Positions 1 through 13,635 of a stretch of 64,000 nt of DNA are shown one piece after another. This DNA is from Bispira polyomma (Eukaryota). Made by a program: the position numbers and the translations under genes. Below the pieces are notes generated by a model. The model had not been told where the DNA came from. It worked only from the letters and a program-made list of their open reading frames with translations, and ran no database searches. The stretch lies in assembly GCA_965649765.1 (NCBI GenBank), contig OZ287758.1:20956001-21020000 (forward strand), read 5' to 3'. The first letter of the stretch is position 1, and each line of letters starts with the position of its first letter.

Positions 1-1084
1 GGATTGTAATAGAATGTATTTAAAGCCCAGGGATTTAGAATTTTTATTAATTAAAAAAGGGAAACAGAAATACAGCAGAAAAGTCACCAATACTCCAATG
101 GGACTGGTTGTCCTCTATATTTAGACACTGGGAGGGTAAGTGAAGTCAAACAGGGACTTAATGTGTGATGTGATGTTTAGCAGTCAATGAACCTGGGTAG
201 GGCCTGTGTGCTGTGTTAATGGTCACATCTCTCCTAGGACTGCCACTGACCTCCAAATAGGCCCTACTCTCCTCGGAGGGATATCAAGCTGACAACTGGC
301 GGCTTTACAATTCCACCTTTTTTGTCTACTTTGGAAAAGAAGTAAGTAGGGGGAAATACTTATAAAATATTTAGTGTGACTTTCTTTGTTTTTGTATTTG
401 TTTATTTCGTGGGGTCATTTTGTGGGAACTAGGTAGGCTTGTTTTAGAGAGATGTAAATGCTATTTGTTTATTTTGAGTCTCTTCTCAAGGTGTAAATAC
501 ATATATTCTTTGAATATTTTTATCAAATGAAAGGAGATGTGTGTGTATCAGAAGGCACAATGAGATAATTTTCATTTACACAAAAATATTATTTATCTCT
601 CAAATTGGGTAATTCTCTCTTTTTTTTCTTTTTACACAGATATGCTCTCAAAATAGTAAATTCCATTACCTTAACAAAAAAAAATTAATTATGCTTTCTC
701 AAGAAAGAAAATAATTATTCATTTTACAGCATTACCAATAGGCAAATGATTTGTAAATGACAATATCCTGTAACACATTTCTAATAGATTAGTTTATGGG
801 GGGTACTAAAACTCAGTAAGAGCCCCATCCACAGTCTGATAACTAACAGACATAGTTTGACCAATACCTTGCACTGGGGTCATCAAGGGACACTGTTTAT
901 GCAGCTGTTCAAACAGAAAATGCCATTGGGGGAAATATTAGCCTGGCTCTGACTCAACGTCAATTCTTTAAATTTAATGTTGCCATAATTTATTTTTATA
1001 TAGATGCATGTAAAATATTACTTTGATATATTACAATCCAAGGGGCACGTTCTGTGGAAGGCAGAGTACTACAACATAACCTGT

Positions 1085-1265
1085 GCCATCATCCGTAGGC
1101 AATGACATGTTCATATCTTGGCTAAGTATGTAAATCAACTAAAGAATGTAGAATCATCAGATTCAATCAAACCGAGGACCTTGCCCGAACCAATCCAACT
1201 ATCCCAACCAGGAGTTTAACCTCCTGATCACCAGACCCACTTCGCAACCACTAGTCCGTGGGATT
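1085..1265 (-). mobile_element. SINE family B remnant (related copies ~28110-28250, ~51950-52100, ~58240-58400)
   Basis: Shared blocks GTCATCAGTAGGCAATGACAT and CCTGATCACCAGACC. The minus strand reads like a tRNA head (CTAGTGGTT...TCTGGTGATCAGGAGGT). Confidence 0.6.
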
Positions 1266-2988
1266 CCACCAATAAAATCCGCAAAAGACACGATATTAAA
1301 AAAACAACACATTTTTCAATAAAAATACCTTTGTGACTTAAAACATAGAGACTAAAACAATCTAATCCGACTCAGCGAGACAAATAAGAGATCATCAGCA
1401 TATAAAGCAATATTGGCTTCCATCAACCTTTTATGTCCATTTAGTCTAATAAAAAACAGGCAAATTGATTGTAGGTTCTCATTTGTTGAGGTCATTGTAC
1501 CCATATTGCATATTTACCTAGTTTGTATAAACTAATAAAGGAGAGTAAGAACGTCTGTGGATAAACATTTAGTGTTTCCTTACAAATTGGGAGTTTCTAT
1601 AAAAGGTCCACTGATGTATGATAAATTCTATCAATCTACACGAAGAAAAGTCCTGTAATAATCTCTATCTGTAACTGGTCAACTGCTAAATCATTCTAAT
1701 TGAGCTTGGATTCAGCATTTGAGATATGGACGTTTGCACAGTATTGTGTGACAGGATTACTGTTACAATTAGGAATTGTATTGCCTTAGGATTTGAAGAA
1801 AGACATATTGAAGAACTAATGTCCAATTAGGCTATCTCTTAAAGGCCGTCAGTGTGGGATATTCCTGAACCAATTAACATTGATGTATGACTTCTGAATT
1901 ACCTCCTTTATGAAAACCAATTGATTGTTGCAAAGCATAAACTGTAAACAGAATACATGAAAAAATACTTACATTTTAAAAGTTTGCTACATCATACAGT
2001 AGTTAGTGCTCAAAACCTATTCTCAGATAGAGTTCGTATTAGTGTCTGAAGCCTTTATTTCCACCCCCTAATGGACTTAAGACATGCTGTGTGGTGCCAG
2101 TAGAACTGTCCTTATGAGAGTAATGTGCTGGCTAGTTATGTTCTAGTTTATGTGACAGTCTCAGTGTCAGACTAGTCTATTGTGGGTATTTAAGGAGAAA
2201 AGCTGATAAGCAGCCAAAAGGGCTTGTTCATGTGGTTGGCAAGCACTAGTAGATTTGCTGGTGTTCCCGGGCCGGTAAATCAATTCAGCCATATTTGTTA
2301 CAGATTCAAACTGCATCAAGGGAACAATATCTATTAAGATTCCCACTTCTAATTTTCTATTCATGTTTTCCTTATTCTTAAACATTTTGAATGTCTAATT
2401 TGAATGCATAAAATCGAGTAACTCTGGTGTAAGAGTATGGGTAAAGTAATGTAAACATAAATCATAAAGGGGTTCATACATATTCTTCCAGTCCAGGTTA
2501 TAGTTTGATCCTATCAGAAAGTTTTAGAACACCTTTAGTCACTGCACTTAAAGATCTAAGAGATGCAAAAAACCCTGATGTGAATCCTATACCATGCATT
2601 TGGCAGAAGAGGATGGTCCCTGAGGAAGTACATGGTTCTAGATATATTGTAATATCTCATTGATGTCAATATATTTACTATGTTTATGGTATGACTATCA
2701 CTAGGTTAACACATACATTAATTGGACAACTCATACTTAAGTCTTTGAGTTGCTATTTTCACTCTCGTTTTGTAATTCTTTACATTATAATATTGGATCC
2801 ATTCCCTCTTTTACTTCCTTCAGAAAACACCTCAAAATTACCTATTTACATGAGCCTACCCTACTTAACCTCATCCCTTGTTCACGGTTACAACTCCCTG
2901 GATTACTGGCCCTCTTATGTCCCTCAATTTGTCAATTTTGGGGAACAATTTGTGGTTATTAGCACACTTATTTCCCTTTTTTGAGGAA

Positions 2989-3269
2989 TTTAAATTTTGG
3001 ATATTTAACGTCTACTCTAGTGCTTGTTTAGGTTATATTGGGATGGGTAGTTGGAAACACTGGAGGAAACACTGTATACAGCTGATCAAGTTTCTGCACT
3101 CAAACCAGTGGTCCACAGCAAGAAACTACCACCTTTCCTACATTGGCATTGATGAGAGTCGAACCCATGCCAGCTGGTCCCAGAGGTGAGAGACTTGCGA
3201 TTGTAAAGCGGTCCCAGAGGCGAGAGACCAGTGATTGTGAAACGCAATGATTGCTAACCACTAGGCCCC
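2989..3269 (-). mobile_element. tRNA-derived SINE family A, copy 1
   Basis: High similarity to the copies at 12688 and 15487. TSD TTTTTGAGGAA (2978-2988, 3270-3280). Internal ~34 nt duplication of GGTCCCAGAGG.GAGAGAC. Confidence 0.85.
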
Positions 3270-5390
3270 TTTTTGAGGAAGGTCCATTGTGCCTGTAAAG
3301 GTATACTGTATGTTCCCACTCACCATAGTTTGCTCACTGATGGCATAAAAATTGTTGATGTAGATCCCCAGCTGGATCACAGTCGGCCCACCTACAAATT
3401 GGCAAAGGATATATACTCATTTTCTGCATTGTAAACACATGTGGAAATTGAAGTTCATGGATCAATATTAACTTTTAGCTTTCTTAAATATTATCTAATT
3501 AACACATTCGAACGCACTGGGAAAGTTATAGTTTAGGATGTAATATTGGAAATACACAGACAACAATCTTTAAAACCAAACATACTTAGCTAACATAGTT
3601 TGTGTATTTACCCTGTATGTCTTTCATGATTAAAATATATGCTTCACATTATGATATGGTTAAACATTAAATTATTTAATTACTCCAATTTGTGAACCAT
3701 AAATATAACGATCTAGTGCTGGTAATATGATTACATAAACTAAGGGTAGCCAGCAAGTTACTTGTTTGTTATAAACAACATATACATGTACACAATAAAA
3801 TGAATATAAAGCAAATCTTGCTTCACGTTTTACTATTACAGTGTTCCAACTAAACTTGCCAAATCGTGTCATTAACAAATAGTGAACAGGTGCAATGGGT
3901 AAGCAAAAGCACAATAAGTATTGGTAAAGCCAACCAATTGGAGCAGATCATAATGCATTTTACCATGCTAATACTAAAAAGCTAGCAAAATGTGAAAAAT
4001 TTGATAATAATATTTTAAAATTGGGCTTAAGAGAAAACTTAGTGCAACAAACAAATGTTTATTGCTGATGATATTATATAATACATCATAATATTATATG
4101 ATATATAGGCAAACCGTACAAAATGAACACTTTAAAAAAAATTAAAATCTAACAATAAAGGAGAAAACTTAGTTTGTAATGCAACATAAAAGAGTTAGTT
4201 AATTGTCAAATTGCACTATTGTTATGGCACATCACGCAGTAATAAGATACACTTTACTGATAAATTATGGCAGTATTTCTTTATCTTACCATAACCCAAT
4301 ATTAGAGACATAGGTTCATGTGATTGTTTGTAATGGATCTGTAATGGTTCTGAACCTAGAAAATTTATAATAGTGCTTTAAATTCCACATTGTGTGGGTG
4401 TAGTAATGCTACGGTGAATAGGATAATGCCAAATTGTACATAGAATGCATCAATGTTTAGAAAGTTTATGGTGAAATAAAACCTTTCTAAGAACTATAAC
4501 AATCAACAACAACAGACTATCTACTCTTACAACGGAATACTATACACTAACTATATGTTACAGTATGTTCAGCCAACCTCCATACAGATGAACAACTTAC
4601 CAATGGGTGGAGGGGTGCGGGTGTAGTCTTTGGTTCGATGTTGTAATATCATAAACCTATATACATATAGGGAGAGAGTCTGGATGAACAAGTGAAGCTG
4701 AGCAGTAGGACAATGTGTGTGTGTATGTGTAATTCTGGTTATTATGTGTAGTACACATGTCACATATGGCACACAGACATATGGCATGCATATGCAGCAA
4801 AGAATAAACTTACTGATGACATATGCGACTCGTATGTAATGTATGGCACTTTGACTAACAGACTAACAATTGTGAATTCATACATACATCATACAGTACA
4901 CTAATGGATATATAGGGAAATATGTACATGAAATCCCTGAATAATATAGGTATTATATATTACATAGGACAAATGAGACAGTGATTGAATTATGAGATAC
5001 ACATGCATAATTTGATAGATTTCTGGTATGGAGGCATGGTTATATGTAATTGGGAATTCAAATCTACCTCTGAGCTTCAGATAGTACATGCACATGTGAT
5101 CAAAATGATAGGGAACTGCATTCTACACAATATACTTGGACATTTAATACGCTTTGCAGCACTATAAACGAATATTTCCTATCACAAAGCTAAGACAGCA
5201 TGTAATGTAATAAATGGCATGCATTGCGAATTGTCATTCATGAAACATAAACTTGGAAATATGTAAACAAAAAGTGGCTATTTACAATATAAAGAAACAC
5301 AACATAGGGCTGTCAGGCCTAAAAGCCATATTGGGCTGACCAAGGGTCCATATATCCTAGTATAGCCCTCACAAACAGCTTATATTCTGG

Positions 5391-5782
5391 TTATTATACC
5401 GAAGCTTTTTTTTAATAAAGATAGTCTTTCAATAAATTTTTTTTTAGAGACAACGTCTATTTTCGCGGAGATCCGAGGTTTAGTAGCACCCTTAACTCCA
5501 ATGACGAGTATGACGATTGTAGGGGTTTTCAGCGTCTTAATGATAATTTTAATAAAATGGTGTTAATTACTAGTTTTGATGTAATTCAAAGATATTTATA
5601 TGTTAAATATATTTACCATTAAAAAAATAGCAAAATATTACCGCAAATGGTGCTTGCCAAACTTTGTAAGTTATAAGGCCCGCTGCAATGCTATGGACCC
5701 CGACTTCCGGGCCATATTAGGAAATATGTTATGTCACGTGATCGCGATTTCACCAATACAATGGCTGGATTCGGTATAATAA
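5391..5782. mobile_element. Inverted-repeat-bounded non-autonomous element remnant
   Basis: TTATTATACCGAA / TTCGGTATAATAA 13 bp inverted repeat; interior CpG-rich relative to the flanks. Confidence 0.55.
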
Positions 5783-5809
5783 TACAACATACACTGGTGG
5801 GAAGTTGAC

Positions 5810-6390
5810 CTGATTACTGCAACTCAATACTGTATGGAATTGAACAGGGACAAATAAACAAGCTGCTGAGACTATCTATGCAGAATGATATGCCATGCTG
5901 GTCCGCCCACCCACACAACAACTATGTTTCAAACATTGCACGGGCTACCCATTGAGTTCTGTACCAAATTAAAGGTAATTGTCCTCATTTGTGAGACATT
6001 CAATGTGCAGTAGCCAGCCTACTTATCATCTATGTTGTCTCTCAACAATCTCACTAGGAGAATCGTTTTTCCACCTCGACTTTCTTACCATGAAACCTGG
6101 CTGGTTCAAAATCATTTCAAGTTGCAGCACCTGCTGAGTGGAATAGTCTCCCTACTAGTCTTCACAATGAGACAAGGATTACAGGCTTCAGGAAAAGGTT
6201 CAAAAACACATTTGTATTAACTCACTTTTTTGCCTAACTTTTGTCTCCTGGTCACGACTGAACTCTGATCACGAACCTTTTCCCCTATCAGACTATTTTT
6301 TTGCTTACTGATTTGTGCGCCACCGAGGATACGTGCCCACTATTACATTCCACATAAGTATGTTAATAACTGCTTTCATATTATTATAAT
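5810..6390 (+). mobile_element. Highly degenerate L2-like LINE 3' fragment
   Basis: Remnants DYCNSILYG, LH.LPI, AAP..WNSLP, F.K..KTHL, and an AT-rich tail. Confidence 0.6.
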
Positions 6391-7427
6391 TGCAGTATAT
6401 ATTATGTTTTTATCAGACGTAGCCTGTATATTGATTTTACATATTTATATTACAATGTGATTTATCAGGCACCTATGTCTTTAACAAAACCACACTCTTG
6501 TCATTACTTAATGTAACTGACTACTTTTTGTTACAGTTTTGCTATTTATTCAAATGATATTCAGCATTAACCTTAAGTTACATAACCACATCCCTGTGGA
6601 CATTGACACTCAAGACGCTTCTGAATAGCGGGTATATTTCCCCCGGCCTCTTTCACTTTAAAATTGCTTTGTACTTTGTCAATGGTATTGTTCTAGAGTA
6701 AATGAGACGTCTAGTATAAAAAAGGGTCCAGTCATTCTTCTCAGATAAAAGCACTATTTCGTCTCATGATTTCAATTTCCCCTTAAGTCCAAATTGGCTT
6801 GATTTCATTACACAGTAATTAAATTGTATTGTGGCCCACGCCAATTCAACTGTCACGCACTTACGTGATTTTGGCTACTTGTTCATTTAGATTTTCCATG
6901 CATGTGTGGCACATCCAATTCCTCGTCTATTACCTGGTCCTATTAAGCTGGCTTGTATCAAACCCTAGGGTCTCATTAGAGAGACCTAAAGCCCTCCTTA
7001 ACTCTACCTTGCTTCTAGAATGTTCTGGGATCATTAACCTGTGGTGTGGAAATTTTGGAAGTATAAATGTTTGCAAAATATTATCAACTCGTTGCTTTTA
7101 GAATGTTCCAGGGAAGCAGGGGTGTTATTTAAATTTATATTCAGTGCAATGTCTACATTTATTTATTATTAAATTAGTTAACCTTTCTTCACCTTCACAA
7201 GTGTAGCCAACCATCACCAGTTACTGTCATTAATTTGAAGACAGGAATCTTGATAATGACAGCATTTATCAACCCCAACTTCTTTAACATGTCACTGGGG
7301 ATGTCATGCAATTAGTGTCATGCCATTTTTAGTGGTCGTCTGAGCCGCTATGTATGTACCTGAGTGAGTATGTTATCCAAAAGACCACAGTTGTAGATAA
7401 ACCCATATGGGCAGCTGATATTCCATA

Positions 7428-7505
7428 TACCAAAATGCATATTCAAATCCCTATACCAAAATGTATATGCAAATCCCTACACCAAAATGCATATGCAAAT
7501 GCATG
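7428..7505. repeat. 26-nt tandem repeat, 3 copies
   Basis: ACCAAAATG(C/T)ATAT(T/G)CAAATCCCTA(T/C). Confidence 0.8.
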
Positions 7506-7849
7506 CCTTCATTTCAATGATGCAGATACCAAACATACTGCTGCGATGAATCAATGGATATCTGAAAAGTTGCCATCCCATTTTAGGGAATACATTGTAA
7601 GATGTCAAACAATCAAATTAGTATACAGAGTTGGTAAGTGGGTGTCAACAAAAATCATATCAAACTAACAAACACATCATACCAAAACATATCGGTAGCA
7701 TACATATGGACAATTGGTCAACAACATACATATTTTACTTCTAGTAAGAATATACACGTATGATACCTTTTACCAGACATAAAAGCTACATAGTTTCAGT
7801 CTTTCATTGTTGACAAAGTATCCATAATGTTGGACATATCAATGTTTAT

Positions 7850-8061
7850 AAAGTCCGCCAGTTTTATGGTCTATCAATATTTGGAACATGATATTTCTCT
7901 ACTGCACCACCATAAAAGAAATACAAATAATCTGAGGTGATATGGGTAGCATATCTGATTTGTTTAATAAATAATGATAACGTGGAAATAAACTAAAAAT
8001 AGTTTTTAATAAGATTTACCATTTACAACATAAAGTGACAATGTCCAAACTGGTGGACTTT
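7850..8061. repeat. Inverted repeat pair, probable MITE remnant
   Basis: AAAGTCCGCCAGTTT / AAACTGGTGGACTTT. Confidence 0.5.
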
Positions 8062-8332
8062 GGGTTACAACAAATAAATCTATGTCAAACTACACTAACA
8101 TCTAATATCTGCAGTCGAAATTGGAATGGGAATTGTACAATGTTTTAAAAATATGTTTAATATTAGATTTGCTTTAAATATTGAGCTAACCAAATATTAA
8201 ACTCTAAATGAATGAGTGATTTTAAAAATGTTATCTATTAAATTTAATAAAATTGTAGCAGGGGTGGGAAAGGATTAAAGCCATCTAATTGTAAAAAAAC
8301 TAATTGATTTATTAACAATCAATCACATTCTT

Positions 8333-8630
8333 GTTTTCTTGTTGGATTTGTTCTCCGTTGCCATTATTTTGAGATAAAATGAACAAAGGGCACAATATGG
8401 TGACACAAAATTATGAATCCAATGGAAACTGCAAATATTACATTCGACTTTTGGATTTGAGGACTTGAGGAGAGGACACACATTCAAAAGGCTAAATTTG
8501 TTAGCAGTGAATTCCAGATTTACCAATAGGGGGAGTTTCCTGTTTATGATATACGCTTCGTCTTACTAGTTGTTCAAATATTTCTTTGGCAGAACTTTCT
8601 CGACGCCTACAAGAAAATCAACAAGAAAAC
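8333..8630. repeat. Inverted repeat pair, probable MITE remnant
   Basis: GTTTTCTTGTTG / CAACAAGAAAAC. Confidence 0.4.
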
Positions 8631-9194
8631 AAAAATACATGCACATTATCTGCAAAAATAGATTTCTTTATGATACGATGCTATATTTTTATTAACACAA
8701 CATGAAAAAAGTATGCAATCAATCAATATTACCACAGTGCAAAGTGTTTTCATTGCTAAGATGGTTCTATGATGCATCAAATATTTACACTATCTAATAT
8801 TACTATTAAGAATAGTACCACAAAATCTGTACATTTGAAAAATAATGTAAGTTGATACAAATTCAAGAAGTATTCTACCATAATGTATTAACATGTACGT
8901 AAATATAATTGAGTGTTAAACACATGGAATATTCAAAAATACACATATACACACTTCTCACTTTGTCTTTAAATATAGAACAAAATACCCCAACATGAAA
9001 TACCTGAAACTGAAGAAAATGTTTGTTTTTCTAGACTTTAATACAGATAATAGGTCATAATGAACATAGTTGACAGACTTCAGTTCATAATATGGCACCC
9101 TCTACCCTAGCACATCAAATAAGTTTTCTCAGCAAGTAATGGATTATGCTAGAAGTTTTACAGCTTTCAACAGTTTTTTGTCATATTACAATAC

Positions 9195-9535
9195 CAGAGG
9201 AAACACTGTAAACCACCGACCAGCAGAAAGTACCTGATTTTTTTCCACATGAAGGAACAAACAGGATTCGAACCCACATTTGGTGTAAGGCCAGTGCTTG
9301 TGAAGAAGGCGCTTCTAACACATTCCTACACATTCGCTTCCCACCTCCGAGGCCCTGTGTTCAAATCTTGCCCAGGCCTTAACTGGGACAGTTGGCAGCT
9401 ACTTGCTAATGGCCAGTGGTTTACAGTGCAGACTCTGGACCAACTAGTATGCACTGCTTTTTCCAACCAGCAAATCTACTTGTCATGATACGACCAATAC
9501 AATATGTTGGAAGTGACATTCAACCTAAAGGAAAT
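9195..9535. mobile_element. Two older SINE-A-related pieces in opposite orientations
   Basis: ~9195-9325 resembles the minus-strand copies (GAGGAAACAC...TTCCACAT...GGATTCGAACC). ~9330-9535 resembles the plus copy (GTTCAAATC...CAGTGCAGA...GTATGCA...GTGACATTCAA). Confidence 0.6.
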
Positions 9536-10304
9536 CTAACCACTGGAGACTCATGCTAGAAGGAAAATACTTTCTATGCAGTGAAAAAACACAATGTACT
9601 GAGCTGGTTCCTAAAATACAGACTGCCATCTGGTATGTGTTATAATCTCAGATAATATGCTACTGTGACAAAGAAAAACATGTTGTCTGTACGTGCAAAA
9701 ATAATATACATCAGTAATACTTCGTCTGGCCAGAGAACTAACAAATAACAAAAACCCATAGCCAGCTGATTACATTGTTTACACAAGCAGTTAGACAGTC
9801 CAAACTACTATTATCACCATGGAAGAGAACATGTATACAAGAAACTGTATCGTAAAAAAGAGGAGGCAAATCCTTAAGGTAGTAGTAAAAATATGTTGTT
9901 TGTGCGTAAAACGCTTGAGTCTAAGCTGTTCATTCACACGACCATTGACCCAAGACAAGATTTACTCAGGGAGAAGTTTACCTACTCACTCTGATGAATG
10001 AGCTGCTGTTTTATCCCCGACAGCAGCAAATCATCCCTCTTTGTCTCTCTCTGGATGGGGGAAGATATATAATAAAGAAACTCCAGAGAAGGGGATTTTT
10101 TTTTATTTTTCTCCTTAAGAAATGTGAGATGCAAGAAGTCAAAAGTCTTGCACCTTTTGGGTTAACTTGTTTATGTTTGTAGTACAGATAACTGGTGTTC
10201 TCACATGCATAGCCTGTGTGAGATGTTGATGGTAAATAGTGGTGAGTAGTTAATGCAATGATCATTAGAGGCCCCTGCGGGTGTGTCTTCTTCTCTGAGG
10301 TTGT

Positions 10305-10570
10305 CAGATACACCTAACTGTAGGGGAGATATGTCTAAATGAAGGGGAATTCACAGCACGTGCTTGTGACTGGCAGAACCAGTTGGTGTTGTGTGTGGAT
10401 GTCTGTGTATGTTTCTGTGTGTGCATTTCATCTGCTACCCCTCCCAACATATACTAACTGCATTACTGCCAAGTGTCATTGCCCCTTTACTCACCAGATA
10501 CACCTAACTGTAGGGAGATGTGTGTGAATGAAGGAAAATTCACAGCACATGCTTGTGACTGGCAGAACCA
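10305..10570. repeat. Direct repeat of ~76 nt, copies 190 nt apart
   Basis: CAGATACACCTAACTGTAGGG...GCTTGTGACTGGCAGAACCA at 10305-10381 and 10495-10570. Confidence 0.85.
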
Positions 10571-10661
10571 GGCACAAATGGCATATATCATTATCTTAGT
10601 GAAATTTTAAAAAATATAGCTTTTTTTTTAGCTGTCTAAAACAACACAGGACTAAGTTCAG

Positions 10662-10951
10662 AGGCCGTATTCACGAACAAGTGAAAAAAAATTCATTTAC
10701 TTCCAAAGTAAGTAAATTTTTCCAAAAATTTCTTTAGAAGTCTTATTCACCAAAAAGTGAAAAACTCTACTTACTTAAGTTTTACTTAGAATCAAAGTTA
10801 GGAAAGAAATCTAAGGTACCTCATCTGCTTACTTGAAATCTAAGTAAGTTTTATTCCGTAAATACCACTTGGATCTAAGTTAGTAAAATATAGCCACAAT
10901 ACTTGAAATCCAAGTTAGGAATAGGATTTATCTTGTTTGTGAATACGGCCC
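10662..10951. mobile_element. MITE, possibly PIF/Harbinger-like
   Basis: TIR GGCCGTATTCACGAACAAG / CTTGTTTGTGAATACGGCC; internal ACTT/AAGT motifs; imperfect 3 bp flanks CAG/AAG. Confidence 0.8.
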
Positions 10952-12687
10952 AAGGAGTTCACATATTTCTTCCAAGATCCTATAAACATAATTGGCCAGA
11001 GTAAATCAGATATTGCCGTCTGCAAACGCATAGTGACCATGTAGAGAACTAGCAATGTAAAAAGTAAACATTTGCACAATAGGCTAATGGAGTGTACTAT
11101 TTCAAAGTCCGGAGGCCAACTACCACGGGTAAGCCTTTAAAAGCTATGGTGTTTATTTTCAAAGGACAATCACAAGAATATTGCCCTAAGTAAGCAATTG
11201 CCTTGGGGACATTGCACCATAATGATTAGGTGTTGAGGGATCAATGAAGTCAGTTTGTGTCTATTTAGGTTGGATCAATCGGTATCAGTACCTACATCAT
11301 CCCGAGTGATTGAGGGCCATCTTTAAGTCAATGTCACTAGTAAGGTAACTACAGCAGAATGCCTTAAACTAATGGGAAGAACTGGTTTTATTACTCTTCA
11401 AGTCAAGGGTTATCGTGTGCGGCAACATTTTCATAGGATCCAATAATCCATTTGAAAGACAAGTTTGATTGTCCATGCAAAAATATTTGCAAAGCATACA
11501 TTATACAGTCAGCCCTAATGACTCATCTAATTCATATTACATCTCACTCTTGTTATTCTTTTGTACACGAATAAACATTTGCTAAGAATCTTTGACAAAC
11601 TTTTTAAGATAGACAACTTGTGGAATATTAACTAAGACAGAGAAATTATGATCTTCCTAAGTTGATTTTTAACTTCTTGCCACTCTTGACAACTTACAAC
11701 CTTACATTTCAGTGGACGTAATAAAACATCCATATAGGGTGAAGCAGATCAAGCAAAATGCCTAACTGAACACGCTATAATTTAGGTGAGCTTAATAATC
11801 TACAGTACACATATTAATATGCCATTCTGATGGGTTTCTGGAAGCATGGTAGCTATGTTTCGCTAGATGACTAAATTAAAGTAAACCCTATTTTACTATG
11901 TTTGCGGTAAATATTAGCTTTATTGATACACATAATGTCTCTTTCTTGAGATAAAAAACAAAACAAATCTAATTCTCTTATTTTGAAAACTGTTCACAAA
12001 AATTAGTTTTTCACATTATTAACACTATACTAGTGACAATTACCCCCGTTTTGTACCATCCCATTTCACAAGTTGAGCCCAGTGTCTGTCGTACCTGACA
12101 CTTTACTGACTCTCCAAGCTACCCCAACTCACTCCAATTACTCACAGCCTCATGACGTCACTAACTGACTTGATCAAATTGCACAGATTATGACATGATT
12201 GAATCTTTTAGCAGTGCTCAGCAGTAGTCAACCGTGCATGTAAAAACCACCAGCATACTCTGTATTGACCTTATTACCACTACATACCAACACTCGTATT
12301 TGTCAAGTAGGATACAATTAATCTCTTAGTTTCAGACAAATTACTAATGGATTTTACCTTCATGTAGATTTACATAAAACAGCAGTAATTTTAGATCCCT
12401 AGCTATTTTGCATGATGGCATCTGATCGAAACTGACAAGGATGTCAATCTCAATATGACCTTCTCCTAGCTGATTTTTAAATTGAATTGATCTTTGACAG
12501 GTTTTTAAACAGAGGATCAAATTTATCCACTCCAGTGTACAGTTTTTGTTACCTAGAGACAGAACAACTAACAACAGCCTGCTTGATTTTTCTCGCAAAT
12601 CAGAAACCTTGTGGGGGATGTAAAAGTTTTATTTTATAACTTTCATGCCAAACACTAACACACCTTTGAGGTCTCTGATAAACTTGT

Positions 12688-12943
12688 GGGATGGCGGTGC
12701 CCAAGTGGTTAGCAAGCGTTATGCTTCACAATCACTGGTCTCTCACCTCTGGGCAGCGTGAGTTTGAATCTCGTCGATGCCTATGTGGGAAAGGTGGTAG
12801 ATCCTTACTGTGAGCCGCTGGTTTCAGTGCAGAACCTTGACCGATTGTATGCAGTGTTTCCTCCAGCATTTCCAACTACCTGCCCCAATATAACCTACTA
12901 AAAGGTATTAGAGTGGACGTTAAATATCCAAATTCAAATTCAA
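12688..12943 (+). mobile_element. tRNA-derived SINE family A, copy 2
   Basis: A-box-like GTGCCCAAGTGG, B-box-like GTTTGAATC, GACGTTAAA end and (AATTCA)-like tail. 15 bp TSD CTCTGATAAACTTGT (12673-12687, 12944-12958). Confidence 0.9.
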
Positions 12944-13434
12944 CTCTGATAAACTTGTAATCAGACCAGTATCTGGAACATTTACTGTTTATACCAATAC
13001 TTTATAAGAGACCTACTTGCATGTAACATTGCTATTGAACATTTCCAATAATATTCTGTAAACCAACAATAAACTACCCACTATTTCTATATGCCTGCAA
13101 TGATTTATTTTACGTCAGATATGAAACTTTCATGTCATAATCATCCGGCTTGATTTGTTTGTTTATGATATGACTTGAGACGGAAATACGGGATTTAACT
13201 AGAAATAAATATGGAACATTGGTGTGACAGGCAGTCATTAAGGTAGAATTTCTTGTTTAAATGACAATACCATGTCATATCAATGCTTTCTAGTATTGAT
13301 AATTCCATTCAAAGATTATTTCTCAAACAATAATGGAGAACAAATCTATGTCATGTGATTTGATGACATTTGGAATGATATGTTTATGTGATTTTATGTC
13401 ATCCAGAAAACAAGGATAGTCTTTGCATTGAAAA

Positions 13435-13635
13435 CTGGCTCAGTTGCCTAGTGGCTGACAAAGTTGCTTAGGAATGCAGAGGATCTGGGATCGATCTTTC
13501 GCTGAAGTAACCAAGTAAAGGCACATGTATAGTGACTTAACTGACCAATTAAAATGGTGGTTCTCTGTGATTGATTCCTATCTCCAGTGACAGGTTAAAG
13601 AACCGTGAGGACGTTGATAAATTGTCATCCTCATA
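13435..13635 (+). mobile_element. Degenerate tRNA-headed SINE of a different family
   Basis: TGGCTCAGTTGCCTAGTGG A-box-like and GGGATCGATC B-box-like head, followed by a non-tRNA body. Confidence 0.5.

Noticed and set aside
6855-6930. Minus-strand exon with a PHD-like WMCHTC motif before GTAAGT
   Set aside because: No credible pyrimidine tract at the acceptor and in-frame stops immediately upstream.
12688-12775. tRNA genes at the SINE heads
   Set aside because: No complete cloverleaf; they continue into a shared SINE body flanked by TSDs.
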